DNA of 49,839 nt from an uncultured Gemmatimonadales bacterium (lineage in GTDB: Bacteria > Gemmatimonadota > Gemmatimonadetes > Gemmatimonadales > JACORV01), in assembly GCA_964550365.1 (NCBI GenBank), contig CAZJZC010000002.1:1-49839 (forward strand). The letters are read 5' to 3'. The notes under the pieces are model-generated. The model ran no database searches, had not been told where the DNA came from, and saw only the letters and a list, made by a program, of their open reading frames with translations. Positions 45,893-49,839 of the stretch are shown in pieces. The translations under genes and the position numbers were made by a program. The stretch's first letter is position 1. Every line of letters begins with the position of its first letter.

Positions 45893-46818
45893 TCGCCCTC
45901 GAGGGCGTCACCAAGGTCTACCGCTCGCTGCTGCGCCGCCGCCCGGTCCGTGCCGTCGACGGATTCTCGCTCGAGGTGCGGACCGGCGAGGTCTTCGGCG
46001 TCGCCGGCCCCAATGGCGCCGGCAAATCCACCCTCATCGCCATGCTGCTCGGTTTCCTCAGGCCCACCGAGGGCCGCGTCCGCGTCGACGGGCTCGATCC
46101 GCGCGCCTACGTGGAGACCCGCGGCGTGGGCTACCTGTCCGAGCTGGTCAACATCCCGCCCACCTGGACCACCCGGCGCGCCCTGGACCGCTACGCCGTG
46201 CTCGCCGGCGTGCCGGCCGCCGAGCGGGCCGCGCGGGTCGAGGCGGCCATCGGCCGGCTGGGCCTGGACGAGCACCGCCGGAAGAAGGTGAAGCACCTCT
46301 CCAAGGGGAATCTCCAGCGGCTCGGCCTGGCCCAGGCCCTGCTGTCGGAGAGCGATCTCATCGTCCTCGACGAGCCGACGCACGGGTTCGACCCGATCTG
46401 GACCCAGCGATTCCGCGAGATCGCCCGCGGCCTCAGGCGCCCGGGGCGCACGGTGCTGATCGCCTCGCACAACCTCGACGAACTCGAGCGGGTGGCCGAC
46501 CGCGTGGGCATCATCGACCGCGGCCGGCTCCAGCGCATCGCGGTCATCGGCGAGCCGTCGGCCGCCGCGGCCCTGCGGTATCGCCTGGTGCTGTCGGCGG
46601 CCAGCGACCTGGTCGAGCAGGCCTTCGCCGGCGCGGCGCCGGCGGCCGAGGGCCGGGGCGCCGAATACCTGCTGCCGACCCTGGAACTGCCGGCGCTGAA
46701 TGCCGGACTGCGCCGGCTCATCGAGTCGGGCGCCGAGATCGTGGCCGTGGTCCCGGAGCGCTCCCGCCTCGAGGCCGCGTTCAGGGAGGCCGTCGAGGGC
46801 GGCGAGGGCGGCGAATGA
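45889..46818 (+). CDS. ABC transporter ATP-binding protein
   Basis: Walker A GPNGAGKST, signature LSKGNLQRL, Walker B LIVLDEPTHGFD, H-loop ASHNL. The GTG start overlaps the TPR gene stop. Confidence 0.9.
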   Translation: MIALEGVTKVYRSLLRRRPVRAVDGFSLEVRTGEVFGVAGPNGAGKSTLIAMLLGFLRPTEGRVRVDGLDPRAYVETRGVGYLSELVNIPPTWTTRRALDRYAVLAGVPAAERAARVEAAIGRLGLDEHRRKKVKHLSKGNLQRLGLAQALLSESDLIVLDEPTHGFDPIWTQRFREIARGLRRPGRTVLIASHNLDELERVADRVGIIDRGRLQRIAVIGEPSAAAALRYRLVLSAASDLVEQAFAGAAPAAEGRGAEYLLPTLELPALNAGLRRLIESGAEIVAVVPERSRLEAAFREAVEGGEGGE

Positions 46819-47516
46819 TGCGGGGCCAGGCGCTCCGGTACCTGGGCTGGCAGGTCGTGGACCGGACCGGTCCGCGCGTCGTCGGCTGCTGGTTCATCGC
46901 CGGCGCCATGCTGCTGCTGATCGGCCAGACCATGAGGCGGATGGCCGAGATGCCGCCCGCGGCCGACGTCGAGCGCGTCATGGTCGAGGTGCACCGGCAG
47001 TTCGCCTTCATCTTCGCCATCATCCTGGCCCACGGCATCGTGTCCGAGGACCGCATCCGCGGGTACTTCCGGTTCTATCTGGCCAAGCCGGTCAGCGCCG
47101 TCTGGTTCTACGGCCAGTCGGCGGCGCTGGCGCTGGCAGGCATGGCGGCGGTCTCCGCCGGTTTCGTGCTGCTGGCCGCCGCGTTCCTGCGGCCGGTCTG
47201 GGCGTGGCATCTGGTGGGACAGGGGCTGGCGGTCTACGCGCTCGTCGGCATGCTGACGCACGTGGCCTCGACCGTCTCGTCGCGCGACTGGCTCTGGGCC
47301 ATCGTGGTGCTGGTGGTCAGCAGCATACTGCGGCACCGCTATCCGGCGGCGGGGTCGGCCACCGGGCGCGTGCTCAACGCGCTCCTGCCGCCCAACCACC
47401 TGCTCAGCGAGGCCGCGCTCACCACCGGCCAGTGGCTGTGGCTCGGGGGCTGGTGCGCGGGGCTGTTCGCGCTGACCCTCCTGATCCTGCGCACCCGCAC
47501 CTTCGGCGAGGGCTGA
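46815..47516 (+). CDS. ABC-2-type transporter permease (hypothetical, about 6 TM)
   Basis: The ATG at 46815 overlaps the TGA of the ATPase gene (ATGA). The protein is hydrophobic, 233 aa (VVGCWFIAGAMLLLIG, FAFIFAIILAHGIV, AVWFYGQSAALALAGMAAV...). Confidence 0.72.
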   Translation: MMRGQALRYLGWQVVDRTGPRVVGCWFIAGAMLLLIGQTMRRMAEMPPAADVERVMVEVHRQFAFIFAIILAHGIVSEDRIRGYFRFYLAKPVSAVWFYGQSAALALAGMAAVSAGFVLLAAAFLRPVWAWHLVGQGLAVYALVGMLTHVASTVSSRDWLWAIVVLVVSSILRHRYPAAGSATGRVLNALLPPNHLLSEAALTTGQWLWLGGWCAGLFALTLLILRTRTFGEG

Positions 47517-47570
47517 TCGGCGACCGACGCCAGCCTTTCTCTTTCCGCCCCGCGCCGTCAGCTTTCAGCG

Positions 47571-49661
47571 ATGCTCGACGCCATCCTCAAGCCCGGCTCG
47601 ATCGCCGTCATCGGCGCCTCGCGACAGCCCGACACCATCGGCTACCAGATCCTGGACAACCTGGTGCGCTCCGGCTTCCACGGGCCGGTCTACCCGGTCA
47701 ACCCGAACGCCGCGAGCATCCACTCGATCCGCGCCTGGCCGTCGGTCGAGGCCATCCCCGACCCGGTGGACCTGGCGCTCATCGTGGTCCGCAAGCAGTT
47801 CGTGCTCGAGGTCGCCGAGGCCTGCGGCCGCAAGGGCGTGAAGGGGCTGGTGGTCATCACCGCGGGGTTCGCCGAGATCGGCGGCGAGGGCATCCAGCGC
47901 GAGCGCGACCTGATGGCCGTGGTGCGGCGCTACGGCATGCGCATGGTCGGCCCCAACTGCATGGGCGTCCTCAACACCGACCCGGGCGTGTCGATGCTGG
48001 CCACCTTCTCGCCGTCGATGCCGCCCAACGGGCCGGTGAGCATCGTCAGCCAGTCGGGCGCCATGGGCCAGAGCATCCTCGACTACGCCGAGGAACTCGG
48101 CATCGGCATCTCGCAGTTCGTCTCGGTGGGCAACAAGCCCGACGTGTCGGGCAACGACCTGCTGGAGTACTGGGGGCGCGACGAGGGATGCCGCGCGATC
48201 CTGATGTACCTCGAGAGCATCGGCAACCCGCGGCGGTTCGCCGAGATCACCCGCCGGCTGACGAAGCGCAAGCCGGTGTTCGTGGTCAAGGCCGGCCGCA
48301 CGGCCGCCGGCGCGCGCGCCGCCTCGAGCCACACGGCGGCGCTGGCCGGCACCGACCTGGCCGCCGACGTGCTGATGCAGCAGTGCGGCGTGATCCGCGC
48401 CCAGTCGGTCGAGGAGCTGTTCGACTACGCCATGGCGTTCCCGCGCCTGCCCCTGCCCAGGGGCAACCGGGTGGCCATCGTGAGCAACGCCGGCGGGCCG
48501 GCCATCATCCTGACCGACGCCTGCGAGACCAGCGGCCTGCTGGTGCCCGAACTGACGCCGGCGACCCAGGCGGCCATCCGCAAGGTGGCGCCCGAGGAGG
48601 CGGCGGTCCGCAACCCGGTGGACCTCATCGCGTCGGCCAAGGCCGACAGCTACCGTGCCGTGGTCGCCGCGGTGCTGAAGGACCCGAACATCGACGCGGT
48701 CATCGCGTCGTTCATCCCGCCGCTCGGCATCCAGGCGCGCGACGTGGCGCTGGCCATCCGCGACGCGGCGGCCACCCGGCCCGAGATCCCGCTCATCGCC
48801 GTCCTGCTCGGCCGCCACGGCGTGCCGGCCGGGCTCCGGGAGCTGGTCGACGCCGGGATCCCCGGCTACGTGTTCCCCGAGTCGGCGGTGCGGGCGCTCG
48901 CGGCGCTCAACCGCTACCGGCTCTGGCGCGAGCGGCCCGACGGAGCGGTGCAGAGGTTCCCGGCCGACCGGCCGGCCGCCGAGGCGGTCATCGCGGGCGC
49001 CAGGGCCGACGGCCGCGACCGGCTGAACGAGGGCGAGGCCCTCGCCCTGCTGGGCGCCTATGGCATCCCGACGGTGCCCTGGAAGGTGGTGACGACCGTC
49101 GATGCCGCGGCCGCCGCGGCGCGCGGCATGGGGTTCCCGGTCGTGCTCAAGGTCATGAGCCGCCACATCGTGCACAAGAGCGATGTCGGCGGCGTGGTCA
49201 CCGGCCTGGCGGACGAGCAGGCGGTCCGGGAGGGCTGGACGCGCATGCTGCAGCGCGTCAAGGAGCGCGCCGGCGTCGAGCCCGAGTCGGTGCTGGTCCA
49301 GCAGATGGTGCCGGGCGGGCGCGAGACCATCGTCGGCATGACCCGCGATGCCAAGGCGGGGCCGCTGGTCATGTTCGGCCTGGGCGGCGTCTTCGTCGAA
49401 GTGATGAAGGACGTCGTGTTCCGGGTCCACCCCGTGACCGACGTGGACGCCCACGAGATGATCAGGGCGATCCGCGGCTACCCGATCCTCGAGGGCGTGC
49501 GCGGCGAGACGTCGGCGGACCTGGTGGCGCTGGAGGAGGTGGTCCAGCGGGTCTCGCAGATGGCGGGCGACCTGGAGGCGATCGCCGAGATGGACATCAA
49601 TCCGCTGGTGGCGTTCCCCGACCGCGTGCTGGCGCTGGACGCCCGCTGCCGGGTGGCGTGA
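47571..49661 (+). CDS. ADP-forming acetate-CoA ligase family protein (fused CoA-binding/succinyl-CoA-synthetase-like and ATP-grasp domains)
   Basis: MLDAILKPGSIAVIGASRQPDTIGYQILDNL...VYPVNPN...VVITAGFAEIGGEG...MVGPNCMGVLN, with a C-terminal ATP-grasp (GFPVVLKVMSRHIVHKSDVGGV). 696 aa, with no GNAT domain. Confidence 0.85.
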   Translation: MLDAILKPGSIAVIGASRQPDTIGYQILDNLVRSGFHGPVYPVNPNAASIHSIRAWPSVEAIPDPVDLALIVVRKQFVLEVAEACGRKGVKGLVVITAGFAEIGGEGIQRERDLMAVVRRYGMRMVGPNCMGVLNTDPGVSMLATFSPSMPPNGPVSIVSQSGAMGQSILDYAEELGIGISQFVSVGNKPDVSGNDLLEYWGRDEGCRAILMYLESIGNPRRFAEITRRLTKRKPVFVVKAGRTAAGARAASSHTAALAGTDLAADVLMQQCGVIRAQSVEELFDYAMAFPRLPLPRGNRVAIVSNAGGPAIILTDACETSGLLVPELTPATQAAIRKVAPEEAAVRNPVDLIASAKADSYRAVVAAVLKDPNIDAVIASFIPPLGIQARDVALAIRDAAATRPEIPLIAVLLGRHGVPAGLRELVDAGIPGYVFPESAVRALAALNRYRLWRERPDGAVQRFPADRPAAEAVIAGARADGRDRLNEGEALALLGAYGIPTVPWKVVTTVDAAAAAARGMGFPVVLKVMSRHIVHKSDVGGVVTGLADEQAVREGWTRMLQRVKERAGVEPESVLVQQMVPGGRETIVGMTRDAKAGPLVMFGLGGVFVEVMKDVVFRVHPVTDVDAHEMIRAIRGYPILEGVRGETSADLVALEEVVQRVSQMAGDLEAIAEMDINPLVAFPDRVLALDARCRVA

Positions 49662-49669
49662 GGCTCAGG

Positions 49670-49839
49670 TCAGAACATGCTCATGGCGAGGAAGCTGCGC
49701 AGGCTGTCGTTGGTCTGGCGCAGCCGCGTGGACAGCAGCCGCACCACGGCCCACAGCACCTTGTAGGCGATGTCGCGGTTGAAGTCCATCAGCAGCTCGA
49801 AGTCCGAGCGGGTGATGGTGATGAGGGTGCAGTCGGTGT
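49670..49839 (-). CDS. Cyclic nucleotide-binding domain protein, C-terminal fragment (5' part outside the window)
   Basis: The reverse-strand reading gives ...DCTLITITRSDFELLMDFNRDIAYKVLWAVVRLLSTRLRQTNDSLRSFLAMSMF*. This resembles the end of a cNMP-binding beta-barrel plus its C-helix. No HTH follows. Confidence 0.55.
   Translation of the reverse strand, partial: TDCTLITITRSDFELLMDFNRDIAYKVLWAVVRLLSTRLRQTNDSLRSFLAMSMF

Noticed and set aside
49670-49839. cNMP-binding gene fragment as the Crp/Fnr regulator of nirK
   Set aside because: The visible C-terminus ends right after the cNMP-binding domain helix with no helix-turn-helix, and the gene is 46 kb from nirK. There is no basis for a link.

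Overview
This is a dense, high-GC bacterial chromosomal segment. By eye it is well above 65% GC, and coding frames have a strongly GC-biased third codon position. The gene repertoire (BNR/sortilin-like, LVIVD, S46, DUF2911 proteins) suggests a Gemmatimonadota-like organism, but that is inference only. I support about 40 protein-coding genes, two of them cut by the window edges. I found no rRNA, tRNA, CRISPR array, transposase or integrase.

Recognisable content, in order:
- GMC oxidoreductase with its Tat-dependent small subunit, then efp
- A lipoprotein-type NirK fused to cytochrome c, with a Crp/Fnr-type promoter box
- An AAA/TLC-like MFS transporter and a beta-propeller hybrid histidine kinase, divergent from msrPQ
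- An S8 protease, a hotdog thioesterase and a large BNR/sortilin-like protein
- A UvrD-like helicase with an internally inserted DEDDh exonuclease, convergent with and overlapping a DUF2779 dual-nuclease gene
- qor, a rhomboid protease, korAB, and a DinB-aceB-aceA glyoxylate-shunt block
- A secreted cluster: an outer-membrane-like protein plus two tandem LVIVD beta-propeller lipoprotein paralogs
- A NupC-type transporter, DUF2911, and thrE-marR-doxX with a perfect 18-bp palindromic operator
- A six-gene same-strand cluster: a Cys-rich small membrane protein, an S46 peptidase, a protein of five tandem PPC-like repeats, and a TPR protein translationally coupled to an ABC ATPase and permease
- An ADP-forming acetate-CoA ligase

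The best candidates for an undescribed system are:
1. The helicase-with-inserted-exonuclease gene plus the DUF2779 pair (17532-21891)
2. The six-gene secreted, peptidase and ABC cluster (40423-47516)
3. The outer-membrane-like plus LVIVD paralog cluster (31586-35853)

All functional calls come from reading motifs in the translations. No database search was run. Many very long ORFs in the track are antisense or off-frame shadows typical of high-GC DNA, and I rejected them.
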